Below are positions 49,039 through 61,145 of a DNA stretch of 64,000 bases, one piece after another; position 1 is the first letter of the stretch, and the number at the start of each line of letters is the position of its first letter. The notes beneath the pieces were generated by a model. It had not been told where the DNA came from, made no database searches, and saw only the letters and a list, made by a program, of their open reading frames with translations. This DNA is from an uncultured Prevotellaceae bacterium. GTDB lineage: Bacteria > Bacteroidota > Bacteroidia > Bacteroidales > Bacteroidaceae. The stretch lies in contig CADBSW010000157.1 of the NCBI GenBank assembly GCA_902797505.1, forward strand, positions 10,253 through 74,252, in the 5' to 3' direction. Made by a program: the position numbers and the translations under genes.

Positions 49039-50163
49039 ATGAAGAAAATCATTTTAATTATAGGAATAGTCCTGACGGTCTTTCATGCTGCTTACGCACA
49101 GGATACAAATGTGCAGGTGCAAGAACCTGGTTTTAAGGTGTTCCAGTTTCCACGGACAATGATACCACGTATAGATGGGGAATTCACGGATTGGGATATC
49201 GTGCCTGATAGTTATGCAGTAGGAATTGAAGAGATGTGGGATGATTCGGGACAACATCAGACCGTAGACCGTAAGACGCTTGATATCCGTGTGAAGGTGG
49301 GTTGGGTAAAAGGACTCAACCGACTTTATTTCCTCTACGAGGCATACGATGACTATTGGGACTTCGACCAACTGGGGCTACGCAATGATACCTATGAGAT
49401 TGTGGTTGATGGCGACCTTTCTGGAGGACCACATGTTGATGAGTTTCGTCTGAATCCTGCGGTGAAAAGTCGTATCGATGGTTTCTTTGAGTTTCAAAAC
49501 CAGCATGCCCAGAACTATCATATCATGACTCCACCAACCGATGGCAAGTCTTGGACGATGGTTTGGGGACCGCAACAGTGGTTGAAATATTTACCTTACT
49601 CCAACTATGCTTATGATTATAACTTCCGTCATGGTGAAAGTGGACGACTACGCATGGAGTTCTATATCACACCTTTCGACTACGCCAGTCCCGAAGGACC
49701 TGAGAAATCGGTGGAGAGTCGTTTGTTTGAAAACAAGAAAATCGGTCTCTGCTGGGCTGTCATAGACTACGATGGAGGAAAACAGAAAAATGGTTTTTGG
49801 AATCTCTCCAAACACCATGAGATGTATGGCAATGCCTCTATGCAACGTCTGTTTACTCTCATGCCTATCGAACCGCAATTCCGGAAGCCTGTTGAATGTG
49901 AATGGAACTTTACGGTTGTTCCCAATACCCGTACGGTTTGTTTCCATGACCAAAGTTATGGTCCCATTACTTCTTGGCATTGGGATTTTGGTGATGGCAC
50001 AACATCTACTGAGCAGAATCCGATACACACTTATCCACGTGACTTTGCCCACTATGTAGTGACACTGACAGTGGACGGTCCTAAGGGAAGTGCCCGTTGT
50101 TGTAAAGTGTGGGAAGTGTGTGTGCGTGACTTGCAACATCCGTCGAATACCTCGTACGACTGA
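49039..50163 (+). CDS. Exported protein with a CBM9/DOMON-like domain and a C-terminal PKD domain
   Basis: Signal peptide, [10 protein letters not shown]...[10 protein letters not shown] and the PKD signature [21 protein letters not shown]. Confidence 0.75.
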   Translation: MKKIILIIGIVLTVFHAAYAQDTNVQVQEPGFKVFQFPRTMIPRIDGEFTDWDIVPDSYAVGIEEMWDDSGQHQTVDRKTLDIRVKVGWVKGLNRLYFLYEAYDDYWDFDQLGLRNDTYEIVVDGDLSGGPHVDEFRLNPAVKSRIDGFFEFQNQHAQNYHIMTPPTDGKSWTMVWGPQQWLKYLPYSNYAYDYNFRHGESGRLRMEFYITPFDYASPEGPEKSVESRLFENKKIGLCWAVIDYDGGKQKNGFWNLSKHHEMYGNASMQRLFTLMPIEPQFRKPVECEWNFTVVPNTRTVCFHDQSYGPITSWHWDFGDGTTSTEQNPIHTYPRDFAHYVVTLTVDGPKGSARCCKVWEVCVRDLQHPSNTSYD

Positions 50164-50197
50164 TTCTATAACAATATAAGCAAATTACTTTTATTTT

Positions 50198-51526
50198 ATG
50201 AAGAGATACATTTTATTATTTATAGGTATGTTAGCAGGTGTGACCATGGTTGCACAAATCGGTACTCGTTTCCCATCAGAACGGAAGGTCATCAAAGACC
50301 CAAAGACGGGTGTAGAGTTGGTATTCCTGACTTCGAAGAGTGGCACGGGCGACTCCAAGATCTATCAGACTCACAACCAGTGGACAGCAGATGGACGGTG
50401 GGTTATCTTCCGCTCCAACCGCGTGAAAGGTGAGGCGATGGCTGTCAACGAAGAGACAGGAGACATCGTGCAGGTTACAGAGGGTGGCTATACAGGCATG
50501 CTCTGTGTAGCAAGAAAGTCAATGAACCTCTACATCATGCGTGAACAAAAAGATAAACAAGGAAAGCGCACAGGTATGGAAGTGGTGGAGATCAACCTGG
50601 AACGTCTTTTATCCGACTCTGAGAATGGAAAGATGAAGAAGAAAACAGCCTACGAAAGAATCTGTGGCGTGATACCTGCCGAGATGTGTTCAGAAGGCGA
50701 TATGGCTCTTGATGGTAGTGAGCAGATGATCTATTTCCGTCTGGATAAGGAGTTTGCCCGTAAGTATCCCATTGCCGAACAGATTGCACCTAACTTCGGA
50801 CCAAGAAATATGGGTGCCGGCCCAGGTGGTATCGGTAAGATGGATCTCAATACTGGAAAGGCTGAACCTGTCGTGGCCGTTCATTTTAAGGTTGGTCATA
50901 TACAAGGTAATCCATGGCATCCTGGAGAAGTTATTTTCTGTTGGGAGACTGGTGGCAAGGCTCCGCAACGTACATGGATGTGTAATGCTGACGGCTCGAA
51001 CCTGCGTCCTATATACCGGGAGACGGAGCACGACTGGGTAACTCATGAGGCCGTGATAAGTGAGAATGAACTGGTGATAGCCATTATTGGTCATAGACCA
51101 ATCAATAAAGGAGAGAAGAGGAATATCGCAGGATTGGAATCATTTGCTACATCTGATGACTGGGGACCATCAGGTACGAAGGAATATGCCACAGGTATTG
51201 CCGTGGTGAATATTCGCACTCGTGAATTAACGTTGGAGGGACAGGTGCCTGGTGATAACTTCTGGCACGTGGCTGGCTCACAAGATGGTCACTGGGTGGC
51301 CGGTGATGACTTTGCCCGTGAACTCTGGCTTATAGATAGACATACTGGTGAACGAATCCTGCTGACGGCCGGTCACAAGACAACAGCCCGTGATCATGTT
51401 CATCCAACATTCAAACCTGATGGTACGGAGATAGAAATACAGTCGGCTATGCTTAGTGAAGATGGGCGCTCGATGAATATCTGTATCGTTCGTTTGCCAG
51501 AAGAACTTCTCAAGCGATATAAGTAA
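50198..51526 (+). CDS. Oligogalacturonate lyase (PL22)-like beta-propeller, exported
   Basis: DPKTGVELVFLT, YQTHNQWTADGRWVIFRS, GHIQGNP, WVTHE and HVHPTF. Signal peptide present. Confidence 0.7.
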   Translation: MKRYILLFIGMLAGVTMVAQIGTRFPSERKVIKDPKTGVELVFLTSKSGTGDSKIYQTHNQWTADGRWVIFRSNRVKGEAMAVNEETGDIVQVTEGGYTGMLCVARKSMNLYIMREQKDKQGKRTGMEVVEINLERLLSDSENGKMKKKTAYERICGVIPAEMCSEGDMALDGSEQMIYFRLDKEFARKYPIAEQIAPNFGPRNMGAGPGGIGKMDLNTGKAEPVVAVHFKVGHIQGNPWHPGEVIFCWETGGKAPQRTWMCNADGSNLRPIYRETEHDWVTHEAVISENELVIAIIGHRPINKGEKRNIAGLESFATSDDWGPSGTKEYATGIAVVNIRTRELTLEGQVPGDNFWHVAGSQDGHWVAGDDFARELWLIDRHTGERILLTAGHKTTARDHVHPTFKPDGTEIEIQSAMLSEDGRSMNICIVRLPEELLKRYK

Positions 51527-51645
51527 TATGGGTAAAATAGCGAAGCAGATGTGATAAGAGTCCTCTCTATTTGTATAAAATCTTTTGTTTATTTGCACGA
51601 TTCAAGAATTATACGTACTTTTGCATAGACAATAATTCTTTGTTT

Positions 51646-53004
51646 ATGACATTAATAATCGTTGCCATATTACTCCTTGGATATGTATTACTTGCTACAT
51701 GCAATTATACAAAGATAAATAAGGCTGCCGTCGCTATCTTCATAGCTACTGTCGGGTGGGTGTTGTACATCTGCTATGGCACTGATTATGTGATGAGTCA
51801 GCACCCAGATGAGTACTTTGTATTCCTCAATGGTGCTATTCCCACGAGTACGGCCGTAAAGCATTATATTGCATCCAATATCTTTTATAAATACGTTGCT
51901 AAGGGAGCTGAGCTCGTCTTATTCCTTTTAGTAACGATGACCATTGTGGAGATACTAAACAATAATGGTTGCTTCGACTTCTTCAAACAGATGTTGCGTA
52001 CCCGTAATAGTAAGAAGTTGTTGTGGTATATGACTATTATCACTTTCTTGGTATCTGCCAACTTGGACAATCTGACTGTCACCACTATGATGCTGGTGGT
52101 TATGCACGAGATCATACCGAGCAGAAGATACCGGATGATTTTCGGATCAGCCATTGTTGTAGCCGCCAACTGTGGTGGAGCATTAACGGTGATCGGCGAT
52201 CCAATAGGCTTGCTACTATGGAACAATGGAGCGGTTTCGGCCACTAACTACTCTTTCTCTATGGCCATCCCTTGTCTATTAGCCTTTATACTTCCTAATT
52301 TATGGCTTTCAAGGATGTTGCCAGAACGAATAGAGACCCAATGGTCGGCCATGCCATATCGTGGTGATGACACCAATCTGAAGGTGTGGCAGCGATTGAT
52401 GATGTTGATTGTCGGCATAGGTGGCCTTTGGTTTATCCCTTCTTTCCATGCGATCACCAAGTTAAGTCCGTTTGTCGGTGCAATGTGCGTACTGGCTGTG
52501 CTCTGGATTGTCAACGAGATCGTCAATCGCAAATTGATGAATATCGATCAGATGATTCAGCGTAAGACACCACGTGTATTACAGTATGGAATCATACAAT
52601 TGATGCTTTTTGTCATGGGTATGATTCTGGCCGTAGGCGTAGCGCAGGAAATAGGTGTTGTACATTGGCTTTCTCGTCAGTGTGACTATTATATTAATAA
52701 TGTATGGATCATGGGACTGATGTCTGGATTAATCAGTACGATATTGGATAATTTTGCGTCAGCCATCAGTTTCGTTTCATTATATCCGATAAGTGATGGG
52801 GCATGGGCAGAGAATGGCATATACTGGAAAGTTATTGCCTATTGTTCATCGATGGGAGGAAGTATCCTACTTTTAGGTAGTATGAGCGGCTTGGCTCTGA
52901 TTAAGATGGAGCGTGTACATGTCGGATGGTATCTGAAAAATGTCGGTTTATCAGTCATCGTCTCATCCATATTGGGATTGGCTGTTCTATACTTAATAGG
53001 ATAA
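51646..53004 (+). CDS. nhaD: NhaD-type Na+/H+ antiporter (IT superfamily)
   Basis: INKAAVA, FLLVTMTIVE, SANLDNLT, AANCGGALTVIGDP and GGSILLLGSMSG. ATG at 51646 after a canonical promoter (TTTG 51592, TACTTTTG 51616). Confidence 0.8.
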   Translation: MTLIIVAILLLGYVLLATCNYTKINKAAVAIFIATVGWVLYICYGTDYVMSQHPDEYFVFLNGAIPTSTAVKHYIASNIFYKYVAKGAELVLFLLVTMTIVEILNNNGCFDFFKQMLRTRNSKKLLWYMTIITFLVSANLDNLTVTTMMLVVMHEIIPSRRYRMIFGSAIVVAANCGGALTVIGDPIGLLLWNNGAVSATNYSFSMAIPCLLAFILPNLWLSRMLPERIETQWSAMPYRGDDTNLKVWQRLMMLIVGIGGLWFIPSFHAITKLSPFVGAMCVLAVLWIVNEIVNRKLMNIDQMIQRKTPRVLQYGIIQLMLFVMGMILAVGVAQEIGVVHWLSRQCDYYINNVWIMGLMSGLISTILDNFASAISFVSLYPISDGAWAENGIYWKVIAYCSSMGGSILLLGSMSGLALIKMERVHVGWYLKNVGLSVIVSSILGLAVLYLIG

Positions 53005-53114
53005 ATCATATTTAATATGTACTTTGGAGAACAAAACCATTTAAAATTTGCATGACTCAAGAATTTTATATAAATTTGCACATTATTTTTTAGACTAATT
53101 CTTACTTTAAATAA

Positions 53115-54653
<1,539 letters not shown>

Positions 54654-54688
54654 TCATTTAACGAGTAGAACATAATAAAATAAGTATT

Positions 54689-54931
54689 ATGGCTTTACAA
54701 CTGAAGATTGTTACCCCCGAGCGTATAGAATTTGAAGGTGAGGTTAACCGTGTTGTCGTTCCCGGCACATTGGGAGAATTTGAGGTTCTCGAGAATCACG
54801 CACCTATCATCTCTTCATTAGAGCATGGGAAGATTGTATACGAATCCAAGGATGGTCTGCACACTCTTGATGTGAGTGGCGGATTTATAGAAGTCAAAAA
54901 GAACCTTGTAAGTATCTGTGTAGAGAAATAG
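54689..54931 (+). CDS. atpC: F1 epsilon subunit, short form (beta-sandwich only)
   Basis: LKIVTPE, GEFEVLENHAPIISSL and VSGGFIEV; 80 aa. Confidence 0.92.
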   Translation: MALQLKIVTPERIEFEGEVNRVVVPGTLGEFEVLENHAPIISSLEHGKIVYESKDGLHTLDVSGGFIEVKKNLVSICVEK

Positions 54932-54932
54932 T

Positions 54933-55328
54933 ATGATGGATGTAAGGAATACTGTTAGAAGATATGTCGGAGAAGGACTGTTGCTCATCATCTTATTATG
55001 GATGATAAGTACTGTTACAGCATGTATGATGCCTGAGAAGAACTTAATGGCTCCCACATGGGTGAGTACAGGTTTTTCTGTCTTTTTCTTGATTGGCTTT
55101 GCGCTCTTATGGAGATGGATTGCTTCATCAAAGAAAGAGTCACTCACCACATTATACTCTGTGATGTCTGGTTTCCGTATGATTCTGGCACTATTTACAC
55201 TATTCGTCTGTTATTTGGTCGTTGGTCGCGACGCTATGGCACCATATGTAATCATCTTTATGATATTCTATTTTGTCATGGTTGGATTTCATTCCATATT
55301 CTTCGCTCGCCGCACCAATAAAGAATAA
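54933..55328 (+). CDS. Four-TM accessory membrane protein of the atp operon (AtpI-like)
   Basis: Four hydrophobic segments and its position between atpC and atpB. Confidence 0.65.
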   Translation: MMDVRNTVRRYVGEGLLLIILLWMISTVTACMMPEKNLMAPTWVSTGFSVFFLIGFALLWRWIASSKKESLTTLYSVMSGFRMILALFTLFVCYLVVGRDAMAPYVIIFMIFYFVMVGFHSIFFARRTNKE

Positions 55329-55377
55329 TTATTTTAATACATTATTCCCTAGTAATTAATCATTTAAAAAATAATCA

Positions 55378-56400
55378 ATGAATCGCATCAAGTCAATATT
55401 GCTCATATTAACGGTAGCTTTTCTACCGCTGAATCTCTGTGCCGCTGAAACGGAAGAAGCAATCGATATTCCAGAGATTGTACTTGAGCACTTGTCGGAT
55501 GCTTACGAATGGCATATTGCCGGAGATGTCAGTATACCGCTGCCTATTATCTTGCGAAGTAATGTGACTGGTCAATGGACGTTCTGTACAAAGAATTCCT
55601 TACCCAGCAACTATTATTTCAACCATGACAAACATGGTAAGATTTATGAGCAGGGTTCTGATAAACGGCCACTTGACCTTAGTATCACCAAGTCGGTTTG
55701 TCAGATATGGATCGTGGTAATTGTGCTTATCGTAGTATTCCTGAGTTGTGCAAGATGGTATAAGAAACACGATTGTAAGAGTGACGCACCCAAGGGATTT
55801 GTGGGTATGATGGAGATGCTGGTGATGATGATACATGATGACGTGGTAAAAGCCTGTGTGGGTGAGAAGCATTACAAGAAATATGCCCCATACCTGCTTA
55901 CTGTATTCTTCTTTATCCTTGTCACTAATCTCTTAGGATTACTGCCTGTCTTCCCAGGCGGAGCTAATGTAACGGGAAATATCAATATCACATTCTTCCT
56001 TGCCTTGTGTACCATGCTCTTGGTGAACATCTTTGGTAACAAGGAATACTGGAAGGAGATATTCTGGCCAGAGGTGCCCCTGTTCCTCAAGGCTTATCCT
56101 GTGGCATTAATTCCAGTAATCGAGGTTGTAGGAATCATTACGAAACCCTTCGCCCTGATGGTCCGTCTCTTTGCCAATATGATGGCTGGTCATGCTATTA
56201 TCCTTAGTTTTACCTGCGTGATCTTCCTGGGATGGACATTAGGTACTGCCATGGGTGTCGGACTGAATCTCTTTAGTGCACTGATGCTTTTGTTTATGAA
56301 CTGTGTGGAGTTGCTGGTCGCTTTCGTACAAGCATATGTCTTTACTTTGCTTTCAGCTGTATTCATCGGTTTGGCTCATCCTGAGCATCATGCAGAATAA
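55378..56400 (+). CDS. atpB: Fo subunit a
   Basis: KPFALMVRLFANMMAGH (conserved Arg) and ELLVAFVQAYVFTLLS. Confidence 0.96.
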   Translation: MNRIKSILLILTVAFLPLNLCAAETEEAIDIPEIVLEHLSDAYEWHIAGDVSIPLPIILRSNVTGQWTFCTKNSLPSNYYFNHDKHGKIYEQGSDKRPLDLSITKSVCQIWIVVIVLIVVFLSCARWYKKHDCKSDAPKGFVGMMEMLVMMIHDDVVKACVGEKHYKKYAPYLLTVFFFILVTNLLGLLPVFPGGANVTGNINITFFLALCTMLLVNIFGNKEYWKEIFWPEVPLFLKAYPVALIPVIEVVGIITKPFALMVRLFANMMAGHAIILSFTCVIFLGWTLGTAMGVGLNLFSALMLLFMNCVELLVAFVQAYVFTLLSAVFIGLAHPEHHAE

Positions 56401-56447
56401 ATAAAAAACAAATAAACATATTAATAACAATTTAAAACTTTAAAATT

Positions 56448-56681
56448 ATGATTTCATTATTATTAGCAGAACTTGGCGCTATGGGTTGTGGACTCGGCGC
56501 TGGCATCGCAACAATTGGTGCAGGTTTGGGTATCGGTAAGATTGGTGGTAGCGCTATGGATGCTATTGCTCGTCAGCCAGAGGCAACTGGTAAGATCCAG
56601 ACAAACATGATCCTTACATCTGCATTCGTAGAGGGTGTTGCCCTGTTCGCAGTGGTAGCATGTGCATTCCTTATTAAATAG
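56448..56681 (+). CDS. atpE: Fo subunit c
   Basis: GAGLGIGKIG, ARQPE and FVEGVALF. Confidence 0.96.
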   Translation: MISLLLAELGAMGCGLGAGIATIGAGLGIGKIGGSAMDAIARQPEATGKIQTNMILTSAFVEGVALFAVVACAFLIK

Positions 56682-56734
56682 TTTCCTTCAAGGAAATAAA
56701 ACTTTATTAAAGTATTTACAACAACTATTTGCTA

Positions 56735-57244
56735 ATGGAAAATTTGCCATCCATATTAACCCCCGATCTGGGTCTTCTCTTCTGGATGTTGCTGGCCTTC
56801 CTGGTCGTTTTCTTTGTCTTGGCAAAGTATGGTTTCCCTGCTATTATCAATATGGTAGAGGGTCGTAATGCCTATATCAATGACAGTTTAAAGAAAGCAC
56901 ATGAGGCAAACGAGCGCTTGGCAAACATTCAACAGGAGAGTGAGGCTCTGCTTCAAGAGGCACGTGAGCGTCAGTCTCAGATATTAAAGGAGGCTGCACA
57001 GACACGCGATGCCATCGTTCAGGGTGCACAGGATAAGGCAAAGGCAGAAGGAGCACGTCTCTTAGAAGAAGCTAAGGCAGAGATCGAGAGTGAGAAACGC
57101 CAGGCAATCAGCGATATCCGTGCCCAAGTGGCCCAGTTGTCTGTTGAGGTTGCTGAGAAAGTGCTTCGTGCTAAGCTATCCTCTGACGATGAACAAATGA
57201 AGTTAATAGATAGATTGTTGGATGATGTTTCTGCACCAAACTAA
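56735..57244 (+). CDS. atpF: Fo subunit b
   Basis: PDLGLLFW TM helix followed by a coiled coil. ATG start at 56735. Confidence 0.93.
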   Translation: MENLPSILTPDLGLLFWMLLAFLVVFFVLAKYGFPAIINMVEGRNAYINDSLKKAHEANERLANIQQESEALLQEARERQSQILKEAAQTRDAIVQGAQDKAKAEGARLLEEAKAEIESEKRQAISDIRAQVAQLSVEVAEKVLRAKLSSDDEQMKLIDRLLDDVSAPN

Positions 57245-57250
57245 TTTGTC

Positions 57251-57787
57251 ATGGATATAGGAGTAATATCGGTACGTTACGCACGGGCACTCCTGAAGAG
57301 TGCCATAGAGCAGAAGGTAGCTGATGATGTCTATAAAGACATGCAGACGCTTGCCGAAAGCTATATACGTGTGCCTCAACTGAGGTTTACGATAGACAAC
57401 CCTATGCTCGAAAAGGACAAGAAAAAACAACTTTTGCTCACTGCTTGTGGTGAAAACCGCACAGAGCTGACCAATCGTTTTGTAGCACTTGTCTTAAACG
57501 AAGACAGGGAGAAGATCCTGCAATTCATGGCTAATTCGTATATCACTCTGTACAGGCAAGAGAAAAATGTCATCCGAGGACGACTCATCACTGCCACAAC
57601 AGTATCTCCTGAAACAGAACAGAAGATGCGGAAGATGGTAGAGAGTAGAACTAATGGAACTGTGGAATTCGCAACCGAGGTGAATCCCGATATTATCGGT
57701 GGTTTTATCTTGGAATACGATACATATAGAATGGATGCCAGTGTGAAAGCACAGCTTAAAAACATTCTTAACACATTGAAGAAGTAA
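57251..57787 (+). CDS. atpH: F1 delta subunit
   Basis: RYARAL and VNPDIIGGFIL...MDASV. Confidence 0.93.
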   Translation: MDIGVISVRYARALLKSAIEQKVADDVYKDMQTLAESYIRVPQLRFTIDNPMLEKDKKKQLLLTACGENRTELTNRFVALVLNEDREKILQFMANSYITLYRQEKNVIRGRLITATTVSPETEQKMRKMVESRTNGTVEFATEVNPDIIGGFILEYDTYRMDASVKAQLKNILNTLKK

Positions 57788-57829
57788 CATGATATATATC
57801 ATGATTGATGTATAATGAAAGATTAAAAA

Positions 57830-59416
57830 ATGTCAGATAAAATAAAACCAAGCGAAGTATCTGAGGTCCTTCTCCAGCAGTTGCAAGGCATCAGCTCTGA
57901 TGAGAATTTCGATGAGGTAGGTACCGTACTCACCGTAAGCGATGGTGTAGCACGTATCTATGGTCTGAGAAATGCTGAAGCTAACGAGCTGTTAGAGTTT
58001 GAGAACGGCACAATGGCTATTGTGATGAACCTCGAGGAAGACAACGTCGGTTGTGTGCTTTTAGGTCCGACATCAGGTATTAAAGAAGGTCAGGTAGTAA
58101 AGCGTACTAAGCGTATTGCCTCTATCCGCGTCAATGACAATATGTTAGGACGTGTGATTAACCCATTGGGTGAAGCCATCGATGGCAAGGGTGATATCGA
58201 TCTTACCGGTGCGTTTGAGATGCCGCTCGACCGTAAGGCACCTGGTGTGATCTATCGTCAGCCCGTGAAAGAACCTCTTCAGACAGGTTTGAAAGCTGTT
58301 GACTCTATGATTCCAATCGGTCGTGGTCAGCGTGAGTTGATTATCGGCGACCGTCAGACTGGTAAGACAGCTATTGCCGTAGATACTATCATTAACCAGA
58401 AGAGTTTCTATGAGGCAGGGAAACCTGTTTATTGTATCTATGTAGCTATTGGTCAGAAGGCTTCTACTGTTGCGGCTCTCGTTGCAAACCTAAAGGAGCA
58501 TGGGGCCATGCCTTATACAATTATTGTCGCTGCTACTGCTGCTGATCCAGCTGCTATGCAGTACTATGCACCTTTTGCCGGTGCTGCCATCGGTGAGTAT
58601 TTCCGTGATAGGGGAGAGAGTGCACTCGTCGTTTACGATGACTTGTCAAAACAAGCTGTCGCTTATCGTGAGGTGTCATTGATTCTCCGTCGTCCTTCAG
58701 GACGTGAGGCATATCCTGGTGATGTGTTCTATCTCCATTCTCGTCTGTTGGAGCGTGCTGCACGTATCAACGACCAGCAGGAGGTGGCAGAGCAGATGAA
58801 CGACCTGCCCGCTTGCATGAAAGGTCATGTGAAGGGTGGCGGTTCTTTAACCGCTCTTCCTATCATTGAGACACAGGCTGGTGACGTTTCTGCCTATATC
58901 CCGACAAATGTGATTTCAATTACCGACGGACAGATCTATCTGGAGACCGACCTCTTCAACCAAGGATTCCGTCCTGCCATTAACGTTGGTATCTCTGTAT
59001 CACGTGTGGGTGGATCGGCACAGATCAAGTCCATGAAGAAGGTTGCTGGTACCCTGAAGATTGATCAGGCTCAGTATCGTGAGTTGGAGGCATTCTCCAA
59101 GTTCTCTTCCGATATGGATGCGGTAACCGCAATGACTCTTGACAGGGGTAGAAAGAACAACCAGTTGTTGATTCAGCCACAATACAGTCCGATGCCCGTA
59201 GGTGAGCAGATTGCCATCCTCTACTGTGGTACACATGGTTTGATGGCAGATGTTCCAGTAGACAAGATCCGTGAATGTCAGAACTCATTCCTTGACAAGA
59301 TGCGTTCGAGTCATCCTGAAGTTATCGCTACGCTGGGCAGTGGTAAGATTGATGATACTGTCACCAGTTGTATCGAGGCCACCATGGCTGATATTGCCGG
59401 GACTTACAAACAGTAA
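57830..59416 (+). CDS. atpA: F1 alpha subunit
   Basis: Motifs [35 protein letters not shown] and [13 protein letters not shown]. Confidence 0.98.
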   Translation: MSDKIKPSEVSEVLLQQLQGISSDENFDEVGTVLTVSDGVARIYGLRNAEANELLEFENGTMAIVMNLEEDNVGCVLLGPTSGIKEGQVVKRTKRIASIRVNDNMLGRVINPLGEAIDGKGDIDLTGAFEMPLDRKAPGVIYRQPVKEPLQTGLKAVDSMIPIGRGQRELIIGDRQTGKTAIAVDTIINQKSFYEAGKPVYCIYVAIGQKASTVAALVANLKEHGAMPYTIIVAATAADPAAMQYYAPFAGAAIGEYFRDRGESALVVYDDLSKQAVAYREVSLILRRPSGREAYPGDVFYLHSRLLERAARINDQQEVAEQMNDLPACMKGHVKGGGSLTALPIIETQAGDVSAYIPTNVISITDGQIYLETDLFNQGFRPAINVGISVSRVGGSAQIKSMKKVAGTLKIDQAQYRELEAFSKFSSDMDAVTAMTLDRGRKNNQLLIQPQYSPMPVGEQIAILYCGTHGLMADVPVDKIRECQNSFLDKMRSSHPEVIATLGSGKIDDTVTSCIEATMADIAGTYKQ

Positions 59417-59422
59417 TAGCCT

Positions 59423-60391
59423 ATGCCGTCACTGAAAGAGATAAAAGGTCGTATAGCCAGCGTTAACAGCACACGAAAGATTACGAGTGCAATGAAGATG
59501 GTGGCATCGTCAAAACTTCACCATGCACAGGTTGCGATTGAGAATATGCTTCATTATTCTTCCATGTTAGAGCATATCTTAAAGACATTCCTGGCCAGTG
59601 AAGCTGATGCAACCACCGTCTATAACATTGTACGTCCCGTAAAGAGGGTTGCTTTGGTGGTCTACTCCAGCAATTCCTCATTGTGTGGCGGTTTCAATGC
59701 CAACGTCATCAAGATGATGCAGCAGGCTATCGACGAATATCAATATCTCGGTAAGGAAAACATTATTGTTTATCCTATAGGCCGGAAAGTAGCTGAGAAA
59801 GTGACGAAACTTGGATTACAGTCGGGTGGAAACTTTGTCGCATTGGCAGACAAGCCGAATGCAAAAGGATGTATAGAGATTGCTACTGAATTAGGTAGGA
59901 TGTTCCGTTTGGGAGAACTCGACCGCATAGAATTGATTTATCATCATTTCAAGAGTGCCGGATCGCAGATTCTTACCAGAAAGACATTCTATCCTATTGA
60001 TCTCCAAAGCGAGCTTGATGAAGATAAGGAGCGTGATCTTACATCTGTTGCGGCGACAAGAGAAACCGTTGAGTATTTGCGTCAGCGTGACAAACAGCAG
60101 ACACAACATGAACATGTTGCGGCTAAGCCTCTGAATGATAACTTTATCGTAGAACCCTCTATGGATGAAGTATTAGGGAAGCTGATTCCTAAGTATGCGC
60201 ATTTGATGCTGTACACGGCATTGCTCGACAGTGTTGCTTCAGAACATGCTGCTCGTATGGTTGCCATGCAGACAGCTACCGATAATGCTGATGAGTTGCT
60301 GCGTGAACTTAACCTGCAATACAACAAGAGTCGTCAGCAAGCTATTACAAGTGAGTTGCTTGATATTGTCGGTGGAACCGTCAATAATTGA
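59423..60391 (+). CDS. atpG: F1 gamma subunit
   Basis: Motifs KITSAMKMVA, LCGGFN, SEHAARMVAM..ATDNA and RQQAITSEL. Confidence 0.97.
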   Translation: MPSLKEIKGRIASVNSTRKITSAMKMVASSKLHHAQVAIENMLHYSSMLEHILKTFLASEADATTVYNIVRPVKRVALVVYSSNSSLCGGFNANVIKMMQQAIDEYQYLGKENIIVYPIGRKVAEKVTKLGLQSGGNFVALADKPNAKGCIEIATELGRMFRLGELDRIELIYHHFKSAGSQILTRKTFYPIDLQSELDEDKERDLTSVAATRETVEYLRQRDKQQTQHEHVAAKPLNDNFIVEPSMDEVLGKLIPKYAHLMLYTALLDSVASEHAARMVAMQTATDNADELLRELNLQYNKSRQQAITSELLDIVGGTVNN

Positions 60392-60414
60392 TTGATTTAC
60401 ATTACTCTTTATAT

Positions 60415-60448
60415 AAGGATGTGGCATACAAAATGTCACATCCTTTTT
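60415..60448 (+). terminator. Terminator of the atp operon
   Basis: Stem AAGGATGTGGCAT / ATGTCACATCCTT with a T-run. Confidence 0.85.
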
Positions 60449-60573
60449 ATTTACAAAAATTAAAGTAAACACAAAATTATTCTTAAAACTTGAATTTATA
60501 AATAAACGATTCATGACTGTCTTTCGTCATACAATTGATTTTAATAAACAATTAATTCTAAAACAGAAATACA

Positions 60574-61086
60574 ATGAAAAAATTATTATTAATGATGGTT
60601 GCCATCATGACAGTGACGATGGCAAGTGCTCAGGATGAGCAGATGAGAGGACAGCGTCCACGTGGACCGAGAATGGATCGTACAGAGATGATGACCAAGG
60701 AGTACAATCTTACCAAGGAGCAGCAGGAGAAAGTAAAGGCCTTGAATGAGGAGTATTCTTCTCTCTTCCGTATGCCAGGTCGTGGAGGACGTGGTCAGGG
60801 TATGCGTAATGGTAATGGTCCGAGAGGAAACCAACCCAATGCTGAAGGTAAGAAGACAGACGGACAGACCGGTGCAACAGCACAGAATGGTCAGCGTCCT
60901 TCAAGAGAGGATATGCAGAAGTGGATGCAAGAGCGTGAGGCCAAGCAGAAGGAATATGATGGAAAACTGAAGAATATCCTTTCTAAGGATCAGTTCAGCG
61001 CTTACGAGAAAAGACAAGAAGAGATGAAGAAGATGCGCGCCAACCGTCAGAACCGTCAGTTTAGAGGTCAGAGAAATAATAATTAA
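60574..61086 (+). CDS. Exported low-complexity helical protein (DUF4890 / Spy-CpxP-like LTxxQ repeats)
   Basis: Signal peptide, MTKEYNLTKEQQEKV and LKNILSKDQFSAY motifs, with R/G/Q-rich linkers. Confidence 0.7.
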   Translation: MKKLLLMMVAIMTVTMASAQDEQMRGQRPRGPRMDRTEMMTKEYNLTKEQQEKVKALNEEYSSLFRMPGRGGRGQGMRNGNGPRGNQPNAEGKKTDGQTGATAQNGQRPSREDMQKWMQEREAKQKEYDGKLKNILSKDQFSAYEKRQEEMKKMRANRQNRQFRGQRNNN

Positions 61087-61103
61087 ACAATATAGATATC
61101 AAT

Positions 61104-61139
61104 ATGAAAAGAGCTGCCCTGATGAGCAGCTCTTTTCAT
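61104..61139. terminator. Bidirectional terminator between convergent genes
   Basis: 14-bp stem ATGAAAAGAGCTGC / GCAGCTCTTTTCAT. Confidence 0.85.
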
Positions 61140-61145
61140 TTATAC

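Noticed and set aside
57788-57803. 16-bp palindrome CATGATATATATCATG between atpH and atpA
   Set aside because: It has a low-complexity AT core with no tail or promoter context. At most it is a minor mRNA hairpin.
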